From: Malacoraja senta
Lineage: Eukaryota
Assembly (NCBI GenBank): GCA_038087875.1
Contig: JAXLNO010000438.1
Coordinates: 310,001-374,000 of the forward strand
Direction of reading: 5' to 3'
Length of the DNA stretch: 64,000 nt
Position 1 is the first letter of the stretch; each line of letters opens with the position of its first letter. Position numbers and translations under genes: made by a program. The notes beneath the pieces were generated by a model. That model searched no databases. It saw nothing but the letters and a program-made list of their open reading frames with translations, and was not told the DNA's origin. Below, one piece after another: positions 11,806-26,237 of the stretch.

Positions 11806-14611
11806 ACTCTACCTGAACAATATTTGGTTGTTTATTCAATATTGATCATATTAGATGTAATTGTTACAGGGTTATGTGTCATAACAACGAACATCATGAG
11901 AACAGGCCATTTGGGTAAATTTGTCCATGAAAAAGGTGACACAAAAGTATTGGATCAGGCAGCATCCCGAGAGAACATGAATAGGTGACATTTTGGGTCG
12001 GGATCCTTCTTCTGACTAATGATCTTAATTTCTCATGTTTTTCAAAGCCATTGAAATTTGAACAAACATTTGTTTAGTGCATAATCAATACAGTGGCAAT
12101 CCTACTGCAAGACACCTATTAGAGTAAATTATTATTTTATTCAATATTTTAATTTAAAATTAAATATAACATATTAAATTTCTGTAATTAGATTTAATGT
12201 TTTCAGGTAACCACAATTATCTACCTGGAACATTAAAACCTTTTTTTTTTAAACTGCAAAACTAGCCCAAGGAGTATTAGCCCAAGGATTAACACTTGTA
12301 ATCTCAATGTGGAAACATCAATCATGATGAAGCAAGAGATATTCACCAATTTTTTCCCGTGAAGTAACTAAATGATTGCCAGGCTGTGAATTTTAAACGG
12401 CCATCACAGACATAATCCAGGTATCTTATCCAATTATTTAGATAAACATCTTGCTGAGTGTTTTACAAGTCTGCCACCTATTCTGCCACACAGGAAATTA
12501 GCTCATTATCACAAGGTGCACATTTATGGAAAGTTGAAATTTAAGTACGAGGTTGAAACTTAATTATAACTTTTGTGCAAATCTGCAAACTGTTCAATGT
12601 GAAATTTGATAGTTTATGCACATCTAAATTCCACAATTACACCCCTCTCACCCCTGCCATCTGTTTTTTCTGTGGGGAAGAAATATACTTCATGGTTTCA
12701 ACAAATCCTGAGGGGCTGAAAATTCATCCTTGATTGTCTGCACCAAATGCATGACATAATCGTGAATGCTTTTGGTATTCTGTTTCCAAACTACAATTTC
12801 ATTGGTCTGAACTGGACCACAAACAGAGGTCGAGCTGAGTCCAAGTACAGCAACAGTAACTTCCAGCAGAGAGACAGGAGGGTGACGTGGCACTATTTCT
12901 AATGGGGCCAGGACTCGGCTTCTCCTCCGGGCCTCCTTCAGGATTTCCAAGGGGGCTCCAAAAACACTAGCGATCCATATTCAAATCTATTTTATCCACT
13001 TCCTCAAAACTGCCTCCCATCAATGCCATTTTTCCTACGTGTAAGATTAAAACTCTGGTGAACATAGAATAAAGATAATGATTTATTTTCCATAATACAA
13101 AACTCAGGCCACATGGTTTTAAAACAAAATTAAAACTAAACTCATGTTTGTACTTATTCATAGTTTTTAAAAAAATCATTTATTTCCAATATTTGACAGG
13201 ATGTAAAAGTAAAACTGCTGATTAACATGAAGCAAATATTTCTTCAATCACATTAATAGACCCAGTCCTAAACCAAACAAAAACATGATTATTGGGGTTA
13301 AAATGTCCATAAAAGACAAAAAAGATGCAGCCGCTGCAACTTGCAATCTTACTGTATTGCTTCTCAGATATTAGTCCAAAACCAACTCAAGTAAAATACC
13401 AATTCAAAGCCTCTAAGTGACTAGTAGGTTTCAATCAGTTTATTATTTGGGTATTGATGGGATGTATGAGAGAGTCAAATAGATATTATGGCATGCATAC
13501 TATTGCACACTCTTCCCTTCCCTGATATTTTTGCCTGTGCACCATTCGCTCTGTCAATGTTACTTTGGAAAGGTATGGTAAACACTTCTGTAAAGCTTGA
13601 TACAAAGTGCTAGAGTAACTCAGCATGTCAGGTAGCATCTCTAAGGAAAAAGGATAGGAGACTGAAGCAGGGTCCCAATCCGAAAAGTCACCTATCCTTT
13701 TTCTCTAAGGATGCTGCCTGAGCCGCTGAGTTACTCCAGCACTACAGTATGTGTCTATCTTTGGTATAAGCCAGCATCTGCATTTCTTTGTTTCGACATC
13801 TCTAAAGCTGCTGGCCTTTTAGCACAAGCTATGAAACCAATCAGCTGCCAGAAGCTTCTGCAGAAGTAGGACAAGAAACAAAGGTTATCCGAGACTAGCA
13901 GCGTGACAAAAGATGTCCAGCCAATGGGAAAAGGGCAATATATGGTATCGCCAGTTACCAAACTTTGAGCGTTTACCCGATCTCAACAAACACCCTCAAA
14001 TCTGTCTCCAATCTGCTCCTTTTCTCATTTCAGATCTTTGTAAATCTCTTTTTCTGATGCTCACTTTTCTGGACATCTGGGTTCTCTGGATTCTTCAAAT
14101 TCTGACTTGTCTCCAACCTAATTTTATTCATTTAATTATAGATTATCGAGTTAATCAATTTAGCTTATAGTTCTTTTAAGCTCTTTAATAAATTAAATTT
14201 GGTCAATTTCATTAGTTAAGGTAGATTACATTAATTTTTACCCTTTATTCAAATTCTCCCGAGTGATCACACATTCCCCCACCTTCATTCTTTTTGAAGA
14301 CTCACAGTCCTCATCGTCTATGCCATCTTTTTGGCTGCTGACACTCAGAGCATTTTTAGTTCATTCCTTTAATCAGGCAGCTATGATAGTGAATGGTATA
14401 AAATTGACTATTTATCAAGCTGTATAAATTTAACCACAAGCATGAATCTTGCATGGCACCACCAAAAATGTAATTCAGTTCAGTTATGTAAACCTAGAAT
14501 AGAAATGACAACCATTTCAGGTCTGTCACTAAAATCCCCACCTGCAACGTTAAATGTTTGAGAAAAACGTTTTTTGAAGTATGATCTACATAGTAGTGGC
14601 ACAGTAACACT

Positions 14612-14925
14612 GCAGGGCAGCACAGCAGGGCCCACTGGTAGAGCTGCTGCTTACAGTGCCAGAGAACCGGGTTTGATCCTGACTTCAGGTGCTGTCTGTG
14701 TGGAGTTTGCAAGTTCTCTCTGAGACTGCGTGGTTTTCCTCCAAGTGCTCAAATTTCCTCCCACATTCCAAAGCCATGTGGGTTTGTAGGTTAATTGTCT
14801 TCTGTATTTTGCCACCTAGTGCGTAAAAAGTGGTTGCAAAAGTGGGATACCATAGAGCTAGTGTGAATGGGTAATCGATAATCAGGCAGCTATGGACTCG
14901 GTGGGCTTTAAAACTGAAACTAAAA
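14612..14925 (+). mobile_element. HE1-like V-SINE
   Basis: tRNA head plus V-domain gtggagtttgcaagttctc...ctcccacattccaaag. Confidence 0.8.
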
Positions 14926-16864
14926 GCTAGCAAGAGAATAACACTGCAGCTTGAAATGCAGCTGGGTCGGGATGTCTAAGTTCATGATTCATAAAAGACA
15001 AATAGGTAGTTTCAAGAAGTAAATAGCAAAGTTAGCATTTTCCTAGATGAACAGAAGGTCCTGGAAGTTATGCCTCAGTAATGTATTGGATTGTTGAGAA
15101 CACATCTGGAGTAACAGTCTCTTTATTTGAGAAAGCATTACCAAACTGGTAACAGCAATTGGTGCATTGCCTGAAGGAGAGAGGTTGGACAGATGGACAG
15201 ACTAAGTTTGTATTTATTGCTTAGCTGAGAAGAGATTTTATTGACACATACAAGGCCATAAAGGGTCTTGGAATAGATTCGGAAAAATGTTGCCTCTTGT
15301 GGGATATTCAAGAACTAAGCATTATTGTTTAAAAAATATGGAATCACCAGTTAAGGCACAAGCGGTGATATCTCATCTTTGGAACAATCATCCACAAACA
15401 GAATCCTTGAACATTTTTAAAGTAGAGGTAAGTCAGTTTTTTTGTCATACGCAAGTGGGTGAAAGATTGCTATGGATAGTTGGGAATGTAGAGTTGGTGT
15501 TACAGTCAGATTGGCAGAGCAGATTCAAGGGTCCAAATAGCTACTCGTGCCACTAATTCGCATGTTCACACATTCATAGAAGAAATTTGTTGCCTTTCCC
15601 AGTCTGTGTTGGTCTAATTGTTACTCCTGACCACTACCATTTGCTTGAATCTGAAAGCCCCAAGAACAACAAATTCTGTTGTATACAACAAGGGAAATAA
15701 AACCAAATAGACCACCCAGAACAGATCATGACACCAGATTCAATGTGCACGTCCAAGTCAGCCCAGCATAGCCTTCACTGTCGACAGAGCAGAAACCTGG
15801 AATTCTCCCTAAACACTTGTGGGAATATTTTCACCACATGACACGCAGTCCAACAATTATTCTGACAGGGAGATTTTAAATACATAACCTTTCATCACGT
15901 GCTGTAGGATGTGAAGAGCAGAAACATTTCAAGCTTACCCCAAAGTAAAATAAGTTACAGTTTAAGGCAGGAATGATGTTGTCATTCTCAGTTGCAAATG
16001 GGTATTTATGAGAAAAAGAGTTCAAGTGAATTTATGCCTGGAAATACAGAATTTGATGCAATCCCGGGATAGTTCAAACAAGATGCATAGGACCTAAATG
16101 TGGTTAAGAAAGAAATGTGCGGGTTGAAATAGTTTTATGTAAGGAGACCTTTATGCAACCTCATGTAGAAATGGAAAATACTGGTGAGTTTAAATGTATA
16201 TTCCAGAGCAGAACTTCAAATTTAACTTCAATAATATTGCTGATGAGTCTGGCAAATCTACAAATTTCCTTAGCTTCCAAAATAATGGCACTCAAACATA
16301 ATTTCATCATTTTGAAACCAAGTTTAGGCCTATTGTCCTCATATAGGTGCTGATTCCTGCTGGCCTTGTGAGTATTGAACAATGTGATGTACATCAGTTA
16401 CGTTAGCATTTTTTACATGCAAAAATATTAGTGTTTGTTCATGGGTTGTCAGATACTAGCAGAGACAAGCCCATTAGTTCTTCATCCAAAGTTCATAAAT
16501 GCCACTTTTTAGCCAGGCACCAGATGGTAATCAGGAACTGGAAAAGAGGCTGATTTACTGCAACTAAGCTAAGGAATAGTATAAATTAAATGTAGTATTC
16601 CAATGCCTCTATTTGTTTTGCCCTTATTTGCAATTTTGCAAAATAATAGCAGTATTCTGAAATACGTAACAATGCACCATTTTGAACAAAATGGAATATT
16701 TGTAATAACATGTTATTATAAGAGTTAACTGTTAATTCATTATTTCCTCAAGACAAATTACAGTCACTTGTTCCACATTTTCAAACCTTGCACAGTTTTC
16801 TCAGTGTTGTGCCGATATCTCAATAATTGGAATGCAATGCATGACTTAATCACAATATACTCAC

Positions 16865-16956
16865 TCTTTTGGTGGGTTTAAGTCTTCGGGTCTTGTTTCA
16901 AAAAACTGGAGGACTTCATCACACTGAGAGATGTGGGCTGGTAGTCGGATCAGGGC
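16865..16956 (-). CDS. SH3PXD2B: SH3PXD2B (Tks4) internal coding exon, C-terminal part of the PX domain (equivalent to human exon 5)
   Basis: Reverse complement reads ttgcag|GCC...AAAGA|gtgagt, 92 nt, translating [30 protein letters not shown](E). Recalled human Tks4 is [31 protein letters not shown], a closer match than Tks5 (..VFRFFEARPEDV..). Too short for the ORF track. Confidence 0.93.
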
Positions 16957-18129
16957 CTGCAATTGATCAGAAAGCAAATAGAAGTGTTTTATTTTCAGAT
17001 GCACACAGTGAAAGGGAACCACACTAACTTTGACTATTTGAAACTAATTTGTCAAAATTCAAATCTCTGCTTCTGCTTTAAGTAAATTTCCTTTCTTGTA
17101 AGAAAAAAAAAAATTGCAGCTTGTATTCCATCCCACCATAATACAAACATTATTATTCCATAAATTTCAAATCATTTATGTATTGAAAAGACACAAATGT
17201 TGCATAAACACACGTGTTTAAAATCATTAGTGGAGAAACATGTTTACCAAGGAATGTTGAGAACAAGTGTGTAGGAAGGAACTACAGTTGCTGATTTACA
17301 CCAAAGATAGACAGAAAATGTTGGATTAACTCAGCTGCACAGGCGGCATCTCTGGATAGAAGGAATGGGTGACGTTTCGGGTCGAGACCCTTCTTCAGAA
17401 GGAATTATTCTGGCATAGCTGGCACTATTCAACTTCAATTGTAACTTGATCTCATTTACAACATCTACCATATTGAAACAACACAAAACATTTCCCTGAA
17501 AGCAACTCCAAAAGAATCTTGGTGAACCACAAGTTGATCTTCTGATCTGCACGACATTACAAATATCATTATTTTCTATTTCCTAATCATCAGCTCATCT
17601 ATTGTTAAAAAGTGCATTTATTAAAGTTTCCAAACTCAATGATTCCTAAACTCATCTATTTATTCTACTGTTATGTGTACTCTATTAATTTTAATTCCTT
17701 CATGAATAGAGCCAAATTGTTCAATCCATCCAGACCCACATTGGCTCCTGGTTTCAGATACAGCACAAAAAACAGGCCATTCAGCCCAACTCACCTGCGC
17801 CACTCAAGATGCCCCATCTAAGTTAGTCCTATTTGCTTGCATTTGGCCCATAGCCTTTAAATGTATGAGGTGTCAGAGGTTATGGGGAGAAGGCAGGAGA
17901 ATGGGGTTAGGAGGGAGAGATAGATCAGCCATGAGTGAATGGCAGAGTAGACGTGATGGGCCAAATTACCTAATTCTACTCCTATCACTTAAAATCTAAA
18001 CCTTTCCTCCCCATGTACCTGTCCAAATGTATCTTAAGTGCCGTTAGAGTATTTGCCTCAACTACTTCTCTGGCAGCTCATTCCATATACCCACCACCTT
18101 CTGAGTTGCCCAAGTCATCTGTTGTGAGT

Positions 18130-19100
18130 CATATACTGAGAATTGGTTAACAGAAAGAAATTAAAGAGTGGGAATGCAAAGCCTTTCTCAGGTTGACTAT
18201 CTGTGATTTGCCTGGATCTGTACTTGGGCCCCATCTATTCTTAACCTTATCAATAGTTGGACTAAGGAAACCAAAACTCATATTTCAAAGTTTGCAAATG
18301 AGACAAAAGTATTTGGGATTATGAACAGGTAAAATGCTTCAAGCAGGCATGGACAAGCAAAATGAGTGAATGAGAACATGGCTGTTGTTGCAAAATGTGG
18401 AAAAATGTGAGATCATCCATACTCACAAAAAAGCAAAGCAAGACACAATGTGCTCAGTTGGTCATGGAGCATCTATGGAGGGAATAGACAGGAGACGTTG
18501 CAGGTTAGGGCCCTTTTTCAGAAATGACCTGAAATGTCAGTTGTCCATTCCCACCACAGATAATGCCTGACCTACTGAATTCCTCTAGCATTTTGTATTT
18601 TGCTCAAGATTCCATAATCTGCAGCCTCTTGTGTCTCTAATAAACCAAAGCATTTAAAAAAAAAATAGTAATGGATTGGAAAGTGTTGTTGAAAAAGGGA
18701 CCTGGAGTCCGGCAGTGAAGATGCCAAAAGTTAATTATGTAGGTTCTTGGTGAGATCATACACATCTGAACTATTGTGCATAGTTTAAGCCTCGCCATCT
18801 AAAAAAGCATAGATGTCATCAAGATCGTGCAACAAAGATTTATTAGACTTGTTTCTGGGGTGATAGATAATGCTATGAGGAAACACTGAGCAGGCTGGGT
18901 CTATATTCATATATAGTTATATACACAGTTCAAAAGAATAAAAGGTCTTATTGAAAGTGAAGAATTTTCATAGGGTTTGATAGGGTGGATACAGGGAGGA
19001 TGTTTCCCCTGGCTGAGGTGTCTAGAATCAAGAATCGCAGTCCCAGTATAAAGAATGAAGAGAAATTAATTCACTCACAAGGTGGTAAACCTTTGGAATC
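18130..19100 (+). mobile_element. Old CR1 LINE RT fragment with nested Penelope-derived repeat
   Basis: WLT.RK.RV, SKFANETK and NVEKCEI motif remnants. Confidence 0.65.
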
Positions 19101-19781
19101 CTCTACAATAATGAGGAATTCACCGTTTCATTCCTAACTCTATCAAAACGCAAGCATTGGGAAGCAGTTCAGAGATGTAGACGCAGGTAACGATACATGC
19201 TGGTTTAAACAAAAAAAATCAGAGATGGCAGCAAGTTGAGCCCCAGTTGGTTGAACATTCCCTTGGTGATTCCTCACTGAACCAAATATCAGATCAGTGA
19301 TTCACTCCGTGGAGAACAGCCAAAACAGCCCCATCTCTCATCCAGCTGTGAGCAGCTCATCGCTACACGCTCCAAAGCAGCACTGGAGCAAAATAAAGAT
19401 TGGGAATGCTACAGTTGTGAAAAATCTTTAAGGAATAAAAGAATAAATGATGAAAACTTAAGCTTCTCCAAATTGAAAACAACAGCTAGGTTTAATTCTT
19501 CTATATGCCTCACGGGCTCCTTCAGGCTCAAGAGACCACAGATTTACATCTGAGATAAAGGAAACTATCTGCTGGAAAATACCACACAGGCGTGTGGGCA
19601 GTTTCTGTTCAACTTGAAGGTGGTCTTATCTGTGACTGAGTGTTTTGTTCTTCCTGTCATTTTCTTTCTCCCCTATGTATAGTGCTTTTCTTTAGATTTC
19701 TGGTCTTTGTATAGTCAGTGGTTCCTGTGATCCTAAGCAGCTGTGTCCCAGTCTTCCGCATTGATGTCTGGCACCTTCTTA

Positions 19782-20427
19782 AGGGCCTGTCCCACTTGGC
19801 TGTCTTTCGCGCGCCATCTACGCGACCCGCTAGCATGTGGGTAGCATGTGGGTAGTGCGGGGACGGGCGCATGGAGTGGCGTGGAGGAGTGTGGACTTCG
19901 TCCTGCACAAAATCTTCGCACGCCACCGGCCTGTCGCGTAACTGACGGCCAAAGTGGGACAGGCCCAAGACCCTGGCGTGACGCAGCGTCTCACCTCCAA
20001 CAGCAGCAGAAGCAGGGAAACGATCGTCGAACTCAGCCTGGGGCTCACGGCCATTGCGGATTCAGATCCGCCCACACTCCTTCTCCCAGAGCAGGGCCAA
20101 GAAGATTGAAGATAGACACAATATGCAGGAGTAACTCAGCGGGATCGGCAGCATCTCTGGAGAGAAGGAATGGGTGACGTTTCGGGACAAGACCCTTCTT
20201 TCAGACTGAAGAAGAGTCTCGACCCGAAACATCATCCATTGCTTCTCTCCAGAGATGCTGCTGGTCCCGCTGAGTTACTCATGCATTTTGTGTCCATCTT
20301 CAAATGACGTCACACGCTCCAGACGGCTGTGCGGGTGCATGATGACACGCGTGACTCTCGCGGGACCGTCGCGCGACCGTCACTACCGGCCTGTCGCGTA
20401 AGTGATGGCCCAAGTGGGACAGGCCCT
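19782..20427. mobile_element. PIF/Harbinger-type MITE with a nested Penelope-derived inverted pair
   Basis: TIR AGGGCCTGTCCCACTTGG; TSD TTA at 19779-19781 and 20428-20430; extra internal right end at ~19925-19967. Confidence 0.82.
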
Positions 20428-22259
20428 TTACAGATTACCTACGAAGATCTGTCGGTGGATCTCAATTAGCAATTTCCAATAAGCTAATTCTCACAGCAAA
20501 CATCTTTGGAATTCCCCTATCATTCATCCGGTGACAATACTCAGGTCATTGAATGCGACATTGCCCATGCAGTGTATCCACGATTATCATCTTGGATATT
20601 CGAACTTCTGACTCTACATTTACAAGAAATATTCAGATTCTGTCATGGGCAGAGGATATGGAAAATGGTTTGTCTCATCTCTTGATCAGAATACAAAGTT
20701 CAGGGCTCACTACTATAAAAGCAAAAATACAGAGGCTTTGCACACAATGATTTTTGAGTTGTCCGTCAGTTTGTTATTCTCTTTGTGTCAGTGTGAAAAA
20801 AGTAAATACAAAAATTATCCCCTGTAGATCTGGTGTTAAATCCAACTGGGATTGTTTGAGTTTAAATCTCCTAGTTTGGACATTTTCAAAACAGTGATAA
20901 CATTTACTGACTTTAAGCGATCAGGTTCTTTATCAGAAGAAATGTTTTGAAACAAACAATAAAATTACTCAAATGCTAACAGAATATTACAATTGTCTAT
21001 GATATTAAGTAAGTTGCTATATCTTGTTATGATATAAAATGATGTTATTTTGGCCCATTTGATCAATTTTGTCTTTTGGAGCAATCCCATTCCTCCAAGA
21101 ATTTTCCAGCTGCACTCACGTCCCCACCCAATTCATTTGCTGTTTTCTCAATGGAGCAGTTAATAACGAACAGTTTCTAGTTACATTCGTCAGGGGTATT
21201 GACTTCACGGACTCCACCAAGGGTAGTTCTTTCCCTGGGTTTTGTTGAGGGGAAAATTTGCTGGGTGTCACTGACATATCATTTTTCTTGTTGGAGCATG
21301 TGGAAGTATGCTTGCATCAGCTGAATTACACATGGTTCCGTTGAGTTAAATAAGAGGTGGAGAGATATCCTCTGATCTCTACTCCAGCAGAGAAATCAAT
21401 GCTTCAGAAAAAAAAAAATACAGAAAATTGGTCTTTTATCATAAAAATGTAAGATCTTCCTATTCCCTTGCCACATATTTAATACAGAACACCAGACCAG
21501 ATCCACATCTGGCTATTCCATGCATCCTAATCATGTTGAATTTTCATTGTAACACACAAAGGCTATTGAAGTCCTAATCTATATAAAAGATGGGAGCCTA
21601 TCAATAAAAGTTAGCAGACACAGTGTTAGCTACACAGGTATGGGAATAACCTCCATGTATTCTCACTTTCATCTCTAACTTTGACAACTTTTAAATCACT
21701 AATGAAACTTTGAGTCACCTCTGCTGCCAGCTGCATTAGCTCAACTTCACGTTTTGTTTGAGTGGACTTCTAAGAAGCAATTCAGATTATTTTCTGTTAT
21801 CGGCACCATACAGTTACTAGTTGTTGCTCTGGAGGTAATCAGAAAAGTAATTGCGGAACAAATATTAAGTATGGGATGGAAGGTTAGCACACCTTAACTG
21901 AACTATAAACTGGAAATAGGCCAAGTACTTCAGTCATCTAAACCATGATTTTTTTCCCACTCCACAAGACGCAAAATAGTTTGTATTTTGTATTTTTAAA
22001 CCAAGATTATGGTACACAATTTATAAACACAAGACATGTTACTATATCAGTTAAGCACCACAAGAGATTTCTTTGTGTGTTTGAACAATTATTTTATACC
22101 CAGTTATGGAACAGAGAAAATATCAGAAGCTTAGTCCACCAAGAAACAAGGAGGAAGACCACTCATGTGTAGCAATTTTCAGAAGCTTAAATTTGCAGTC
22201 ACCACTGTTATGTAGAAAATGCAGGATCAATTTGACTCAATAAATTTATTCTAAAACAC

Positions 22260-22480
22260 ATACCAGGTAATAATCTCTTTTTAGAAATGTTGAACTAGGA
22301 ATCAATAATAGCCTGGACATGGGATCTTTGAAACCCACTGAGAAGGCAAATGGAGTCTTGATTTAGCTTTTCATTAAAAACATGTCATCTTTGATGGTGG
22401 AGCACTCTTTCAGTATGAGCATGAGATTTTTGTGTTCCAGTCACTGGAATGTAACATGTGAGAATTGTCTGCAAAATGAG
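22260..22480 (-). mobile_element. Ancient DeuSINE (SacSINE1-like) remnant
   Basis: Reverse complement has ..gccttctcagtgggtttcaaagatcccatg.., resembling the recalled Deu domain (GCCCTCTCAGGTGG..AAAGATCCCATG). Confidence 0.5.
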
Positions 22481-25400
22481 TGCAAGATGAAACTCTGCGC
22501 TGTGATATCAAAAACAGCATCATAGAGTTATACAGTATGGAGAGAGGCCCTTCAGCCCACTGAATCCATGCCAGCTATCAAGCATCCAGCTATACTAATC
22601 CCATTTTATTCTCCCCACATTCGCCACAACGCACCGAAGATTATACTAAACATTTTTAAACATTGTGTCAATTTATAGTGAACAATTAACCTACCAACTC
22701 TTGTGTTCTTTAGTTTAGTTTAGTTTAGAGATACAGCATGGAAACAGGCCCTTCGCCCACCAAGTCCACACCGACCATCAATCACCCATTCATAATAGTC
22801 AGGTTTGAACCTGGATCATAGGAATTGTGAGGCAGCAGCTTTGTTCACCGCATTACTGATCCGAGTCAACTCTGTATAGTGATATTTTCTAAAGGCATTA
22901 ATCAAACTGCAACATCAGATGGGAAAGTCACAAGCACACAGTATTTTTTTCTTTACACAAAGGGTGGTGTGTATAGAGAAGGAGCTTCCGAAGGAGGTAG
23001 TTAAGGCAGGTACAATCATAACATTTGGACAGGTACATGGATAGGACAGGTTCAGAGGGTCATGGGGCCTAATGCGAGCAGGTGGGAATAGTACTAATGG
23101 GGCATGTTGGTTGGCATATGCAAGTTGAGCCAAAGGGCCTGCTTCCATGCTGCATGAATCTAAATGCAACCAGAAATAAAATATCTTGACTTTTGCTCTG
23201 TACATTCAAAATTCTGCTGGATGAAGGAAGGAGTGCAAGCAACCGGGATTTGGGAGCAGAAGGATAAAATGCATTCATGTGGCTTGACTGTTATGATACA
23301 GTTCAAACAATGCATACAATATTAAGAAAGATTGCAGATTAATCCCTTGTGATTTACTGATAGAGTTGGAGGGAAAAGACTTAAGTGCAACAAAATACAA
23401 TGATGGATTTGTGGACCTTTTTAGAGCATTTCTGTGGTATTTATTATTAATTATTCTCATACATTCCTATGTCATTCATTGGAAATCAAAGGCAGATAGT
23501 CTCAATTATTAGTGCTGCCTTTCACAAGGTACAAAGCCTCATCAATATCTACTGCAACCTTAATCGATACAAATTCCAAGTACTATTCAACCTCGTCAAA
23601 ATGTTCCCAATAGCAATTTCTTTCCAATGTCACTAATTAATGCTCACTACTGAAATGAACCACAATTAATCATGATAATTTCTTAAAGCTATCTAGAGTC
23701 TGAAGAAGGGTCTCGACCCGAAATGTCACCCATTCCTTCTCACCAAAGATGCTGCTTGTCCCGCTGAGTTACTCCAGCATTTTGTGTCTACCATCGATTT
23801 AAACCAGCATCTGCAGTTCTTTCCTACACTTGAAAGTTTCTCTTCTTCCTCCTCCATAGTGTATGGAGAGATTTTGACCCATGGAGTGAACACAGGGAAT
23901 TGGTTTTGTGACACTGTAACAAGATTGATATGCACACACCTTACAGACATGGGAGCAAGCACCAGTGGAAATAGAAAATCCTCAAAGCAGCAGAGATCAA
24001 AGACAACCAGATTTAAGTCTGTCCATCTACTCACTAACTGGACCACAAATCGCTCGCCGAAATAAACTTGAAAAAGTGCGTATGATGTTTTTACCACAGT
24101 TGAATTTCATGTCACCCCACATAAAAAGTAGATTGCATCTTTAAAAATGTAACAGGAAGAAAGAGATCCCAAACAAACCGGGATTTGCTAAATGAACTAT
24201 AGCTAATTCATTGGTCACACTTCATTCAATTTCTGTTGTGTCAGACAGAGTTCATTCATCTGTTAATAACATCAGAAAAAGTGTTGGCTACAAAGGCCAA
24301 TAATTAATTCTCCTTCAGTGTGCTCACTTTCGTATAATATTGCTCAAGTCACAGAGTTTCCTCAATATAAACCAAAGGGATTTACCAGATTGAGATCTAC
24401 AAATAAATCCATCAGATTTCATCCATTTACATTCTTGTACTTTAAAAAAAAATGAAATAATACCTGCAATTTGTTTCTACGAGAAAAGTCTGTAACTTGC
24501 TGAATGCAGCTTGCACCTGAACATATAAGTTCATGTCATAGGAGCAGAAGTAGGCCGTTCGACCCATTGAGTCTACTCCACCAATCAATCATGGCTGATC
24601 TAGCTTTCCTTCTCAACCCCATTCCCCTGCCTTCTTCCCATAACCCCCGACACCCTTACTAATCAAGAATCTGTCAATCTCCGCCTTAAAGAAATAACTT
24701 GCTCCTAAGTTTATTTCAGTTGAGATATACCGCATGGGAATAGGCTCTTTGGCTGTACACTTAAGAGAACCTTAGGGCGCCTGATTATTTCCATTCCTGT
24801 TGCAAGTAACGATCAACAGGGCACAATATACCATCAGCTATTTAAGACATGCTTGCCCTCACTCGGTCCTTATTTATATCCCGAGGGTAACCCAGTCCCA
24901 AAGTACTTTCGTTATTTGAAGTGATGCCTCTTGCCAGGAGATTGCGCCTTAAACTTTAGGGAAACAAATGGTTTCCACGTGATTGTGTGCACAAAGCCTT
25001 GGATTTATCAATTTCATACATTGACATTGTGTGCAGAACAATATCATTGGCATCTGGCCTTGAATGAAACTGGTGCAGCTCAAATATGCAGAGCCATGTT
25101 TCTATGGACATAAAATAGCACAGCACAGGAACAGGCCCTTCAACCCACAAGAACCATGATGACAAATTAAATTAATTCCATCTTTCTTTACATGGTCTAC
25201 ATCCCTCTATTCACTGCCTGCCAAAATGCTGCTGAAATATTGATATCATATCTAATGTATCGACTGGTACAATCCAAGGTACATACTCAGGAATGCACAA
25301 AACAATTTCTGGACCAGTGCTTTGAACAAGATTTTAGTTCTTGTATTCAGTGCATATTAATGAGGTGGGATGTCGTGAACGCGCACAAGTGATTTTACAC

Positions 25401-25950
25401 AGAGAAAACAAGGAACATTAAATGCCATCAGTGGCAAATTTACAATTGGTGTTAACTGCAATGCATTGATGTTAATCACTTTCTGGCCAGTCTGAAGTAC
25501 CCAAGATGACGAATTGCCTACAGATTCCTCCCACATCTGGCAGCACATGGAAACAATAAAAAATAGTTTGATCCACAAAAATTGTATGAACACAAAACCG
25601 TATAAAATATTTCAAAACATTTCAATAGCGAGGTGACATGCATTATATTAATTTTTTTAAATTGACATACCGGGGGCACGAGGCCAATTCAAATAAAAAT
25701 CTTGATAGGTTTTCAACATATCTCCATTTTCGTGCAAAGTCTAGAAACTGCGATTTTTTTAGCACATACTCAGACCTGCAGTAAATTTACACCCAGAAAT
25801 TACCAATACGTCTTACTGTTCTCTATTGAATTTTATAAGCGGTTATTATATACTTTCCTGCAATGCTGTATATTTTAAAGTTTCAAACACGTTGTTACAG
25901 CATCAGAATGAAATGATGTTATGAGAATGATCTTTCAAGATTATCTTTCA

Positions 25951-26237
25951 AGTGGCACAGCGGTAGAGTAGCTGCCTTACAGTGTCAGAGATCCGGGTTC
26001 GATTTGACTACAGGTGGTGCCTGTACGGAGTTCGTACGTTCTCCCTGTGACCTGTGTCGGTTTTCTCTGATATCTTCCTCCCACACTCAAAAGATGTACA
26101 GGTTTGTAGGTTATTTGGCTTGGTATGAATATAAATTGTCCCCAGTGTGTGTAGGATAGTGTTAGTGTGCGGGGATTGCTGGTTGGTGCGGACTTGGTGG
26201 GCCAAAGGGCCTGTTTCCGCGCTGTATCTCTAAACTA
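25951..26237 (+). mobile_element. HE1-like V-SINE
   Basis: Near-full-length family member. Confidence 0.85.

Noticed and set aside
12690..12990. Unique, moderately GC-rich stretch with an 86-aa - strand ORF, considered as an alternative Tks4 exon
   Set aside because: No recognisable homology and no convincing splice donor; could still be a conserved non-coding element.
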